Positions 40,731 to 49,800 of a DNA stretch of 64,000 nucleotides are shown one piece after another. This DNA comes from an uncultured Gammaproteobacteria bacterium (lineage in GTDB: Bacteria > Patescibacteriota > Microgenomatia > CAYXHB01 > CAZYTL01), in NCBI GenBank assembly GCA_964650355.1, contig CAZYTL010000001.1:149552-213551 (forward strand). Reading direction: 5' to 3'. Within the stretch, counting starts at the first letter, position 1; each line of letters opens with the position of its first letter. The notes under the pieces are model-generated. The model saw only the letters and a list, made by a program, of their open reading frames with translations. It did not search any database and was not told the DNA's origin. The position numbers were made by a program, and so were the translations under genes.

Positions 40731-41888
40731 TTATTTGAACTCACTGGCATCCTGGGTCAGTGACACCATCAAATCAGCCCCATCATAAAAGGTTTTAGCA
40801 CCAATACCGATTACTCCCTTCGGTAAATCAGCAAATCCCTTTTCTTTAGTCTCAATCTCTAATCTTAGAAATTGAAGGACCACATCGATAGCACCCCTGA
40901 TCATGAACCCGGCAGTTACCTGTTGACCGCTCCATACATCTGCTGCTGCGGTTAAGGTTTCGGAAACGGAGATATCGCCGTATCCCGAGAAGACCATATC
41001 TTCAGCGGAGGTGCAGGTAACAGCTCTTTTTCTCGTCAACATGAACCTATCTCTTTCAGAAAGTTCGATGTATGTCGTCCCAGCACCAGATCCGGCTTCT
41101 ACAGCCTTTTCTAGGTTAGCTCTGGAAGTTGCCGCATCAGTGCCAATGTCCACGTCACCCGGATTAGTAGGTGAGGCCACAAACTTAAAAGTGACGCCGG
41201 CAATCGTTACCGTATCATCGGCAGTCGGATTGGTAGCTATCTTTAGGGTAGCAGTCCAGGGTAGATTGTTATTTTGTACTACGATCCAACCCATCCAGGG
41301 ACCCACAACACCATTAGACAATACCGAATCACCCAATCTTGATTCACGGTCAGCCTTGGCTCTTCGCAGTTTAGCCACGGTCCGGGGACCCATAACAAGC
41401 GCCCTCATGAGAGTTTCATAGGGGGCATCAACGGATCCTAGTTTACTTTCAGCCTCTTCGAGAATATCTAAGATATTTGTAGAAGAGACAAGCACCGGCG
41501 ATCCGGAAATATTGTGTCCAGCATTGGCAATTTCACTGAGGAATTTCTGCTCCACTAAGTTCATTAATCCTTTGCGGATTGACAAGAGTGAGTGGGCCAC
41601 CAAGTCATAAGGTGTCTGCGCCTCCTCCGTGACATCAATATCCTCCGCTGCATATTTGTAAGTATCCACCGTCAATGTCTGCTTGGCTGCAGATTTCTTG
41701 GAAAATTCGATGTCGTTATGAGGTATATAAGTTCCGGTCAATGGGTGAGACGCAATTGGTCTATGAGCCTTATGGCCATCAGTGCTGATAATTTGTTCAA
41801 GAGTCTGGTTTGCCAGCCAAATAGCTGTATTATCGGTATACAAGTCGGCCTGTAAATCACCCCAGAATTCCTGTTTTAAATCGTCCAT
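40731..41888 (-). CDS. major capsid protein candidate
   Basis: 385 aa, directly downstream of the scaffold-like gene and preceded by a strong SD (GAAGGGGGGUGA); position-based call. Confidence 0.45.
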   Translation of the reverse strand: MDDLKQEFWGDLQADLYTDNTAIWLANQTLEQIISTDGHKAHRPIASHPLTGTYIPHNDIEFSKKSAAKQTLTVDTYKYAAEDIDVTEEAQTPYDLVAHSLLSIRKGLMNLVEQKFLSEIANAGHNISGSPVLVSSTNILDILEEAESKLGSVDAPYETLMRALVMGPRTVAKLRRAKADRESRLGDSVLSNGVVGPWMGWIVVQNNNLPWTATLKIATNPTADDTVTIAGVTFKFVASPTNPGDVDIGTDAATSRANLEKAVEAGSGAGTTYIELSERDRFMLTRKRAVTCTSAEDMVFSGYGDISVSETLTAAADVWSGQQVTAGFMIRGAIDVVLQFLRLEIETKEKGFADLPKGVIGIGAKTFYDGADLMVSLTQDASEFK

Positions 41889-41950
41889 ATTATTTTCACC
41901 CCCCTTCTAAGTAGGAATAGTTCGGGGGAAGAATTACCAGAAGTTAGTTC

Positions 41951-42619
41951 TTATTCACCATGCTCGCGTCGATATTTTTCCCTTGCTGCTTTTGCCTCTC
42001 TCCAGGCTTTAACGCCTTCATCAGTAGTAAAATCAAAGTCTTCATGACGGAGGGGCTTAGCAGGATCGGTGCTGGTTGCATAAGAACCCCTGCTGGTTCG
42101 CTTAGGAGTGGCGGCTTTTATCCGTGCCTCCCGTTCCTCTTTTTCTTTCATGGAAAGAATATAAGGATGTTTAGCTGCTTCCCCTATAGAAATACCCTTT
42201 AACTTCGCCAAGTCTTTGACTTCTGATTTCAGCTCGTCAGACAAATTTAAGGAATTCAGTTCCATGTCTTCAAAACGAGCGTCTAGCTTCTTGTCAATCG
42301 CTTCGTCCGTTAATGGCGTTTCTTTAGGTTTGGTGTTATCCTCCTCCGGCTTATCCTTCGGTTTTTCGGAAGTCTTTTGATTTTTCTGGGCTACTTCCCT
42401 CCAGTTGATCTTTTGCTTGATCGCCCCGGACAACTTTTCATGGTGGGTTTTTTCCCGTTCGACGAGTTTGCCGAGCAGTTCTGAGTCCTCTTCCAGGTCA
42501 AGCTCGAAATCTTCGGCCAGTTTACTTCTCAACTCGTCATTATTGACTTCCTTTTTTGCCTCCTCTTCAGCTTTCTGCTCCTCTGGAGACACCTCGAGGT
42601 CTTTATCTTTTTCGTCCAT
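41951..42619 (-). CDS. scaffolding protein candidate (start revised to MDEKDKD)
   Basis: highly charged Glu/Lys helical protein immediately upstream of capsid; the ORF-track start (42652) lies inside the terminator hairpin loop. Confidence 0.45.
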   Translation of the reverse strand: MDEKDKDLEVSPEEQKAEEEAKKEVNNDELRSKLAEDFELDLEEDSELLGKLVEREKTHHEKLSGAIKQKINWREVAQKNQKTSEKPKDKPEEDNTKPKETPLTDEAIDKKLDARFEDMELNSLNLSDELKSEVKDLAKLKGISIGEAAKHPYILSMKEKEEREARIKAATPKRTSRGSYATSTDPAKPLRHEDFDFTTDEGVKAWREAKAAREKYRREHGE

Positions 42620-42638
42620 AGGACTAAATTTTTTCAAT

Positions 42639-42733
42639 AAAAAAACCGCCATCTGGCGGTATTGTCAAGAGAAGAGAAAGCGTTGTGGCGAACTCTTCCC
42701 CTGACCAAACAGTCAGAGGGTTCACAACGCTTT
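42639..42733 (-). terminator. compound hairpin (cassette C: AAAGCGTTGTG...CACAACGCTTT with inner hairpin) followed by terminator CCGCC-AGAU-GGCGG + U7
   Basis: 11-bp perfect outer IR 42677-42687/42723-42733; inner IR 42698-42720; terminator 42639-42659. Confidence 0.5.
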
Positions 42734-42747
42734 AATAAAAATTTCAA

Positions 42748-43218
42748 TTATTTATTGTCCGGATTAAATCTATGCCCACAAGCCGGACATTTAATGCTTG
42801 GCTCCACTTTCTTAAATTCGACCCGATAATCCCCCTTAGCCGCAAACTGATTAGCCAATTTAGCGAATCCCTTTCCATGGGTTTCCACGTCATATCTACG
42901 GACCTCTCTTTTATCTTTATACACCACAGCCACATTATCGTCTTTCCCAGGTTTGGAAGTTGAGGCGGGAGACGTCGCCGGCGATGCTCCTTGAGGGCTT
43001 GCGGGTCCTCCACCGCCAGCCGCATCATCGCCTTCAACTCCCTTGCCTTCCTCACCAGCCGTATCCTCAACCTCTTTATCAACATTCTCATTACCAGCTG
43101 CTTGATCTCCACCTTTCTCCTTTTCCTTGACAAACTTTTCCAAATCTTCTTGTGATGCACCAACCACGTTACCGTAACCCAATTCTGTCGCTCGTTTTTG
43201 AAGTTCTTTGTAATCCAT
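42748..43218 (-). CDS. hypothetical Gly/Ala/Glu-rich protein
   Basis: 156 aa; the alternative-frame ORF 42744-43163 reflects low complexity. Confidence 0.3.
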   Translation of the reverse strand: MDYKELQKRATELGYGNVVGASQEDLEKFVKEKEKGGDQAAGNENVDKEVEDTAGEEGKGVEGDDAAGGGGPASPQGASPATSPASTSKPGKDDNVAVVYKDKREVRRYDVETHGKGFAKLANQFAAKGDYRVEFKKVEPSIKCPACGHRFNPDNK

Positions 43219-43263
43219 GTGAATCTGTTAGATCCACAACGCTTTGATAAATACTTTATAACA
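43219..43263 (-). promoter_or_regulatory. promoter-hairpin cassette D (TGTTATAAA, hairpin GUGGAUC-UAACA-GAUUCAC abutting AUG)
   Basis: -10 at 43255-43263; half-motif CACAACGCTTT at 43236-43246. Confidence 0.45.
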
Positions 43264-43429
43264 CATCTGTCAATCTCTTGTCAATCAAAGTCCATAACGT
43301 CTTTCTACTTTTTTGGCTCGTTGCTTTCTTTTCCGCCTCAGCGCCTCTCGGGGATCCGGATTTTTCGCTTCCTCTATCGCGTCTTCCAGCCATTTCTTGA
43401 ACTGCTGGTTAGTGTGCTCACTTCCCATT

Positions 43430-43642
43430 TTAGATAACTCTTAAATAAACATTCACCTTGTCCATCCTGGTAATTTCAGCCGGCAGTTCATAATGCTTTT
43501 GTCCTTTTAATACATCACAAAATATCCAACCCAGACACTTCTCAGAAATCAATTCTTCTGATTTAACCATGATAGCGGCTGGCACGTCTTTGGTGGGTGA
43601 TTCAGATAAAATAATGATTTTACCCTTTATTCTTACCTTCAT
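43430..43642 (-). CDS. hypothetical protein
   Basis: 70 aa. Confidence 0.25.
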   Translation of the reverse strand: MKVRIKGKIIILSESPTKDVPAAIMVKSEELISEKCLGWIFCDVLKGQKHYELPAEITRMDKVNVYLRVI

Positions 43643-43899
43643 AAACCAAATTGCTCCTTTCTGGCTTGAATTTGCTGTGGAGTAGGTTCGATCTTTTCCC
43701 TGTAATTCACAAATGGGCTTAATATCTCCCGCAGTTTTTTAGACGCCAGTAATCTCACCTTTGCTTCTTCACCGGCTTTATCATTATCCAGTTTATCCAA
43801 ACCCTCGACCGTGTCCAACTTACCAATCACGGTCAAAATATGTGCTACCAAGGCTTCGAAATCGGGATTACCCCGAAGTCTTTTAACAATTTCATCCAT
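43639..43899 (-). CDS. hypothetical protein (start revised to MDEIVKR)
   Basis: the ORF-track start is a GTG codon in the promoter/hairpin; AUG is 2 nt after the hairpin. Confidence 0.3.
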   Translation of the reverse strand: MDEIVKRLRGNPDFEALVAHILTVIGKLDTVEGLDKLDNDKAGEEAKVRLLASKKLREILSPFVNYREKIEPTPQQIQARKEQFGL

Positions 43900-43962
43900 A
43901 TAAAGCGCCGGACAATAAATCACAACGCTTTTTTTGAATCAGTTTCTATTTCATTATATCAC
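43900..43962 (-). promoter_or_regulatory. promoter-hairpin cassette E (TGATATAAT overlapping TerL stop codon)
   Basis: -10 at 43954-43962; hairpin variant AAAGCGUUGUGAU...GGCGCUUU at 43908-43940. Confidence 0.45.
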
Positions 43963-45182
43963 AGTCCATAAGCCTTCCTCACGGTCTCCTGTTTTTGTGT
44001 CCGATTATATATCTGGCGCTTCTTAGTCAATTCCTCTTTTTTAGGATCCCGATGTTCCAGAGTAGACATCCCGTAACGGGCAGCGTCCATCAAATGATCC
44101 CAGATTTTTTCCGGCACATTAGGAGAAATTAACTTTCCTAATCTGTCAGTCGCCCAGACATAATTGCGGTATTCTTTAATCAAATTTACACTTCGTTTAG
44201 TCACACTAATAGGCACGTCCTGCATAAATTGAATTCCCTGTCTAACCGAATCTTTACCTTTATCTGCTGCTCTGATATTCACGCCATAAGAATAAATCTC
44301 GTCTATGCTCTTAGGCTCTGCCGAATCAGCTATTACTAAAATATGAGCCTGCGGTAAATACAGAATAAAATCCGCGATCTGTTTATTTGACATTCCTTTT
44401 TGATAAAGTTGTTCATCAAAAATATATCCCCCGTTCAGATAATAAATATCCACCAAGGCTGTTGGATCCAAAGAGTAACCAAAATCCAGTCCTCGCCGTT
44501 CTAGCCGCGCCTCGTGGGGTATTCCATCGATTATTTGCCATCCTATATAAATTTTACCTATTAACTCTCCAAATAATCCCTCCCCATAAACTCTCCAAAA
44601 ATTCTTATTATTTTTCCTCGCCTCAATGGATTGGATAATATTTTCAGATAATGCCTCATTGTCATTATAAGTTAAAATTATATGATCATAATCTTTTCTC
44701 TTAGGTAAAATCTCTTCTGATACCCAAAATTCAGCTACCGGATTATAATCCAAAAAAACAAACTCATTAGTTCTGATTTCCAACTGTTCAAATGTTTCAA
44801 AAGGTACATTATTCGCCTCATTAATAAACAGCCTGTCCCGCCTCGGTCCCCGAACCTTGCCCGGCTGGTCTGCAGAAAAAAATTCTAGCTTGCTTCCCGT
44901 TTCAAAAATATAGAGATAATCAGTTTTATTCCATCGCTGGTTTCTAAAGAGATTTAATCCTCCCATTATGTTCAAAAAGTCCCTCATTGCCCCTCTTTTT
45001 AAATGTGGGAAACTCTCTGACACTACACTAGTCAACGTAGGCTTCTCGTCTCTTTGGGCGCGGTCTATCAAATAAATCAAAATACTAAAGGTTTTTGAAG
45101 AAGCAGTCCCACCCTGAATAATTCTCAATCGTTTAGTTAGCTCCTGGATCTTCTTGGTCGCCGTGGTTATTCCTGGCTGCAT
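43959..45182 (-). CDS. terL: terminase large subunit (PBSX/XtmB-like)
   Basis: Walker-A-like GGTASSKT, nuclease acidic motifs IADSAEPKSI and DHLMDAARYG. Confidence 0.85.
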   Translation of the reverse strand: MQPGITTATKKIQELTKRLRIIQGGTASSKTFSILIYLIDRAQRDEKPTLTSVVSESFPHLKRGAMRDFLNIMGGLNLFRNQRWNKTDYLYIFETGSKLEFFSADQPGKVRGPRRDRLFINEANNVPFETFEQLEIRTNEFVFLDYNPVAEFWVSEEILPKRKDYDHIILTYNDNEALSENIIQSIEARKNNKNFWRVYGEGLFGELIGKIYIGWQIIDGIPHEARLERRGLDFGYSLDPTALVDIYYLNGGYIFDEQLYQKGMSNKQIADFILYLPQAHILVIADSAEPKSIDEIYSYGVNIRAADKGKDSVRQGIQFMQDVPISVTKRSVNLIKEYRNYVWATDRLGKLISPNVPEKIWDHLMDAARYGMSTLEHRDPKKEELTKKRQIYNRTQKQETVRKAYGL

Positions 45183-45624
45183 AATCTAGTAAAGGAATCG
45201 GCTTTCCGCCGCTAGTTAAATCAGTTTCAGTCCTGTCTTTCCACCGAGAATAGTTGTTTTTCAGATTAAACATTGCTCCGGTCGGATTTTTCCCGATAAA
45301 CAATGATTCTTCAGCGTAACCTTCACATATCCCTTTCGCTCTTTTTATCGTGTCAGAAAACCTAGTTTTCTCCTCATAATCCAACAGGGTTTCTCTTGTT
45401 GTATTCAATGCCACCGCCAATCCAGTAATTATGTAAGGCTTGAACTGCTCCATTACCTTCTTTTTTGTTACTTTTCCGGTTTTATCTTTGTGAAACACAA
45501 GATTGCCATCCCGATCTATTTTCTGTCTCCAACAAGATTTAAAATACTTGTTGATTTTTTTCTCCAATTCCTTGATCGATTTGAATTTCAATGGTCTTCC
45601 GCCCTTGTTAATAATTTTAGCCAT
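45133..45624 (-). CDS. terS: terminase small subunit
   Basis: N-terminal KGGRPLKF and ITGLAVALN motif typical of TerS HTH; overlaps terL. Confidence 0.65.
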   Translation of the reverse strand: MAKIINKGGRPLKFKSIKELEKKINKYFKSCWRQKIDRDGNLVFHKDKTGKVTKKKVMEQFKPYIITGLAVALNTTRETLLDYEEKTRFSDTIKRAKGICEGYAEESLFIGKNPTGAMFNLKNNYSRWKDRTETDLTSGGKPIPLLDYAARNNHGDQEDPGAN

Positions 45625-45641
45625 ATGCCTTAGTTACACGC

Positions 45642-45689
45642 AAAAAAAGCGCCGTGAACTATCTCACAACGCTTTATTAAATTATAACA
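45642..45689 (-). promoter_or_regulatory. promoter-hairpin cassette F upstream of terS (TGTTATAAT; hairpin+U7; AUG 16 nt later)
   Basis: -10 at 45681-45689; hairpin 45646-45675. Confidence 0.55.
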
Positions 45690-45712
45690 TAGCAGTATAA
45701 TATATTCATTAG

Positions 45713-45786
45713 TGCGCTCCTCTAGACTTGAACTAGAATCTAAACGTTCGATACACGTTTGCTTTATCCAATTAAGCTAGGAGCGC
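45713..45786 (-). tRNA. phage-encoded tRNA, anticodon AUC (nominally Asp, unusual A34)
   Basis: hand-folded: 7-bp acceptor GCGCUCC/GGAGCGC, U8, D-stem GCUU/AAGC with loop AAUUGGAUA (G18G19), anticodon stem AACGU/ACGUU with loop GUAUCGA (U33, R37), variable loop UAGAU, T-stem UCUAG/CUAGA with T-loop UUCAAGU, discriminator A. Confidence 0.6.
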
Positions 45787-45796
45787 ATTTTTGTGC

Positions 45797-45858
45797 ATAA
45801 AAAAAGCGCCCTTTGTGTTGCTCAGGGCGCTTTGCTCAGTTTCCCGAGCAACACAAAA
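45797..45858 (-). promoter_or_regulatory. attenuator-like element: terminator AAAGCGCCC-loop-GGGCGCUUU+U7 overlapping an alternative 13-bp helix
   Basis: perfect 9-bp IR 45803-45811/45825-45833 with A7 at 45799-45805; competing IR TGTGTTGCTCAGGG / CCCGAGCAACACA (45815-45828 / 45843-45855). Confidence 0.45.
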
Positions 45859-45876
45859 GACGTTTATAGATTTAAG

Positions 45877-45942
45877 CAAAGCGCGTGGTATTTCACAGCG
45901 CTTTTAATAATTCCAGTATATTATTTGGGGACCAGCTGTCAA
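45877..45942 (-). promoter_or_regulatory. promoter-hairpin cassette G2 (TTGACA-16-TATACT then AAAAGCGCUGUGAAAUACCACGCGCUUU)
   Basis: -35 at 45937-45942, -10 at 45915-45920; hairpin 45877-45907. Confidence 0.45.
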
Positions 45943-45964
45943 GATCGATTGAATGTGCTATAAT
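45937..45964 (+). promoter_or_regulatory. plus-strand promoter of the island (TGcTATAAT extended -10), overlapping the divergent minus promoter
   Basis: TGCTATAAT at 45956-45964; start codon of first island gene at 45999. Confidence 0.4.
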
Positions 45965-45998
45965 TTTTGTTAAGACATATAAAAATCCTCCTTGTTAT

Positions 45999-46367
45999 AT
46001 GAATTGGTTAATCAATCATAGTGAGTGGACTTTTCCAATTCTTTTAATATTAGCTCCAATTGGGGTATTTATTCTTTACCGCTTTTTTGAGTGGGAAGAA
46101 AAAATAACTACAAAAACTATAAACTCCATTGAAAAAAACTTAAATAGTAATCTCAAAAATTTACCCCAAAATAAATTGTCTATAATTATAGTTCTAATTA
46201 TTAGTATTTTATTGATAACTTTTTATTGGTTTGAGTGGCGTCCTTCTCAAGTTAAAGCTTATTGTAATCAGTACACCCGCTGGAATGAAAATGGACCTAA
46301 AGTCGATCCTCGTTCCAGATTTTATGATATCTACTACAAAGATTGCCTCCACTCCAAAGGACTCTAA
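45999..46367 (+). CDS. 2-TM membrane protein (moron candidate; start revised to MNWLINH)
   Basis: two hydrophobic helices; opposite strand to all phage genes; the ORF-track N-terminus covers the promoter. Confidence 0.4.
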   Translation: MNWLINHSEWTFPILLILAPIGVFILYRFFEWEEKITTKTINSIEKNLNSNLKNLPQNKLSIIIVLIISILLITFYWFEWRPSQVKAYCNQYTRWNENGPKVDPRSRFYDIYYKDCLHSKGL

Positions 46368-46875
46368 AATTAAGTTGTTCAAAACTGTTACTTTTGTTAT
46401 CTTCGTTATTGGTGTAACGACGTTTAACTATGCAATCTGGAAGAAATCTTCACTCTCTCAAAATATAGAGAGCTGTCCAATTAATAAGCTTGGTATTGAA
46501 TTATTGCCGACCAACATTCAAAACAGTAAAACCATCATCCAACTCATAAAGAAAAACTGTTATTTAGCTTCAACCGCTTTTGAAGATTTTACTCACGATG
46601 GAAGAAAAGACATTTTATTAACCGGAATAGGATATGGATGTGTAAGTTGTCATGCCCGTGATATATACATTCTAAATAATAATAAAATTATTTTTTCATA
46701 TACTGGGGATGATGCCAATATAAAGCAAATTCCAGACGGATTCTTGTTAACAGAACCCATCCGTAAGACCGAGGAGCCATATTGTTGTCCTTCTCAATCA
46801 ATAAGTACCGAATATGATTATTCTCCACAAACAAATAGCTTTATTAAAACCCAGTCAATTATTATAGACAATTAA
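46324..46875 (+). CDS. membrane-anchored Cys-containing extracytoplasmic protein (moron candidate)
   Basis: TM helix then domain with YGCVSCHARD and EPYCCPSQ; +1 frame relative to upstream gene with 44-137 nt overlap (possible frameshift). Confidence 0.35.
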   Translation: MISTTKIASTPKDSKIKLFKTVTFVIFVIGVTTFNYAIWKKSSLSQNIESCPINKLGIELLPTNIQNSKTIIQLIKKNCYLASTAFEDFTHDGRKDILLTGIGYGCVSCHARDIYILNNNKIIFSYTGDDANIKQIPDGFLLTEPIRKTEEPYCCPSQSISTEYDYSPQTNSFIKTQSIIIDN

Positions 46876-46877
46876 TC

Positions 46878-49800
46878 TCAGTAAGAAATTTTTAAGCCCA
46901 ATTCTTTCAATACCACCGGATCAATTCCCGCAACCACCTTGTTAAGATATTGCTTTCCCAATGTGTCTATATCCTTTGATTTGACCCTATTCACCCCTCG
47001 ATTATAGGCAACGATTGCCTTCGCATAATCTCCTTCAAAAGTCTTCAAGTTTTGCTTGATAATTTTAGTTGCATAAACAATCGAAAAAACAGGATCAAGC
47101 GCCTGTTCTTGGGTCACGTTAGGATGAGCATTGCTATTTAATTGAGCAATTCCCACATCCCAGGATCCATCGCTATTCTGATTTTTAGCACCAGGATTAA
47201 ATCCGCTTTCACTGAAAAAGATCGACGCCATCACTGCCGGCACCACGCCTGAGTTTTCAGCAGCCGAATTAATCAATCCTCCAATCTGCTCATTCGGCTT
47301 TTTTCTTTCTTTCTCCTTAAATCCGGAGACTATAGCCGATGTAGGAATTGGCTCCGGATTCTTGCTCGATTGTTGAACCTCTGCGGCGGCCTCCTGACTA
47401 GCGATGTAATTCGGGGCTCCATCCGGCCACTCCTTCCCTGTTACCTCCGGATACATTTTCTGCCAGGCTGCCAACGCCCGATCCTTTTCTTCCTCAGTGT
47501 CAAAAATAGAAGTCTGACCATTGGGATAAGAAACCTCAATCTTCCCATTGAGTAGATCTCTTACACGATAGGGATCCTCATCAGTTTTTTCAGTCAATCC
47601 TTCTGGCTTGGCTGTAGGACTTACCCAGGTTACTGGTTCGCGCTGAAATAATCTTGTGATTGCCCGCTTAACCTTCTCCCAAAAAGAAGGTTTGGGATTC
47701 GCCTTTTCTCTCTCCCAATCTGCCTTAGTCCAATTCTCAGCCGCTAATACATCCGGGACAATCTTTGCGTGGGCAGACTCCAGGAAACCTAAAAGTAAAT
47801 TCTGTTCATCTGTGGGCGCCTCTCCTACTTCTCTCCGGATCCGTTTAAGCGCCTCATCGCTAATTACCTTATTTTTACGTGCGGTATTCAACAGATCATC
47901 ATATTGCTCCGGTGTCAAAGATTTCTTATATAGCTTCATTAATTCTACTTTCTCGTCATTCGTTGTCGCCTCGATTAAACTATCCATTTCTTGGCTCACT
48001 TCACCCTTGATCAATCCAATCTTAAACTTCTTTAGCGTATTTGTCCGCCGGCGTCTATCCGCCTCAGTAAGGATTTTGTCCCCTACAACCTCCCTCACCA
48101 GTTCCTTTTTAAGTCGATCTACCGATTCCGGATTTTCCTTTCCCCGTTTAATATAATCAGCCAGAATCTTTCTTTCCTTCAAAACCCGCTGAGCAGCCTG
48201 TTTATCTAATTCTTTCTTGATTACCTGCTCTGACTCCTTCATTCCATAATCCGTGGACTTAATCGCCCGATTGACTAAAGGAATATTTTTCAATAAATAA
48301 TCAAGTGTGGTATCTGTTTCGTCTGAATAGGTAGTAAACTGGGAGAAACCCAACTCATTCGTTGTCCATTTAATCATCTTCATATACATCGGTAATCCTC
48401 CAGCCTTCCAGGTAATATCGTCAACTACTGGCCGGCCCCTGTAGTTATCGTAAGGATTCTTGCCCTGTAATACGTTCATCCATGCGCCGCCAATTTCCCA
48501 AAGCGGGGTCATTGAGGGAATGTAACCGGATAATAAGTAACCAATTTGTTCCGGTTTTTTGAGGTCATGGTTAAGATAAGTTCCGAGCTTCCAGACAACA
48601 GCAGAGAAGAGCCGTCCGGTTTCGTCCTGGGGGATCCGCCAGTAAGTCGCCTTGCCATTCTTCCTCAAACCCAGAGGGACAATGATATAGTTTGTCTTGT
48701 CATATTCAGTCGCTTTATCTAAAATCTCCTTCACCGTAGCCCCGAAAAGCCCAGCAATCCCAGCCAGCATTAACATTTTAGGTAAAATATCTACTTGAAA
48801 AGTCTTCATCCAGTATCCGGACCGAGTTTGGGGGTTGGTTGCCAGCTCAAAGTCAGTCCGGAGAGCCTGAAGCGCTACATTAGAAAATACAAATACATTA
48901 TTATCCACCACCTTCTGATTCCCGCCATCTATAAAATTAGGAGTACCTACATAGTTACGGGTAATAAATCCGGCCTCCCTTCCGCTTAACTCTCGCTTCT
49001 TGGTCAATTGATAACCTGCTACCTTACTGGTAGTTTCAAACGTAGATCCCACCAGCTCGATTCCATTAAGAATTTTTCGAACCGGTTTTAACATCTGCTC
49101 TTTAAGCCCGCCCTGTTTAACGTCGTCAGTCACGGGGCGGTAACGCTTGATGATTGGCTTTAACCACTCCGCCTCATTCGCAGTGGTATCAAACTTAGTA
49201 AATGGTGTAGTAAATGCCCGATAGTCTAATGCCTCTCTTACCAACGGATCAATTACGTCATTCTGGTAACGGTAAGCCCCCGGAATTGCCTTTAGATACT
49301 CAGATATAAATTCAATAATAGATAATCCCTTTTTATTACCCACCTGTGGGAGTATTGCGCCTAAATTTTTATATGTCCTCTTGGCGTCTCTGATAATATT
49401 GGCGTAAAATCCCCAGGAAATATTGTAAGTAGTCACTACCGGCTTAAACAGTCGATTAAATGCCCCAGATGCTTTGACAATATTATGAATTTCACCCGGC
49501 AGATAAAAGTCAAACATTTGTGCGATATAGGGATCCACGTCATAGGCAATTCGTTTACCATCTTCAAATAATTCCAACGGGACTCGATTTTTAACTTTCT
49601 TCCACCCCACCCGCACACCTTTAGGTTTAACTGGCTTGCTCTTGGAAATATCTGTTGGGAAATTTTCAAGTAATTGATCAACAACCGCCCTCTTGCCTTT
49701 CTGTAGTTCGATTTGCTCTATCAATGCCGCCGTCTTGAGAATTGATGAAGTAGCTGGATTTTCTATTGGCTTTAGTGTTCCTATTGCTTCTTTAATTGCC

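Noticed and set aside
42744-43163. Second long ORF in an alternative frame over gene 42748-43218
   Set aside because: It is an open frame caused by the repetitive GC-rich low-complexity region; only one frame can be the gene.
45714-45787. Plus-strand reading of the cloverleaf as a tRNA (anticodon GAU)
   Set aside because: The plus-strand fold has C33, a 6-nt gap between D and anticodon arms and a 9-nt T-loop. The minus-strand fold has all canonical tRNA features.
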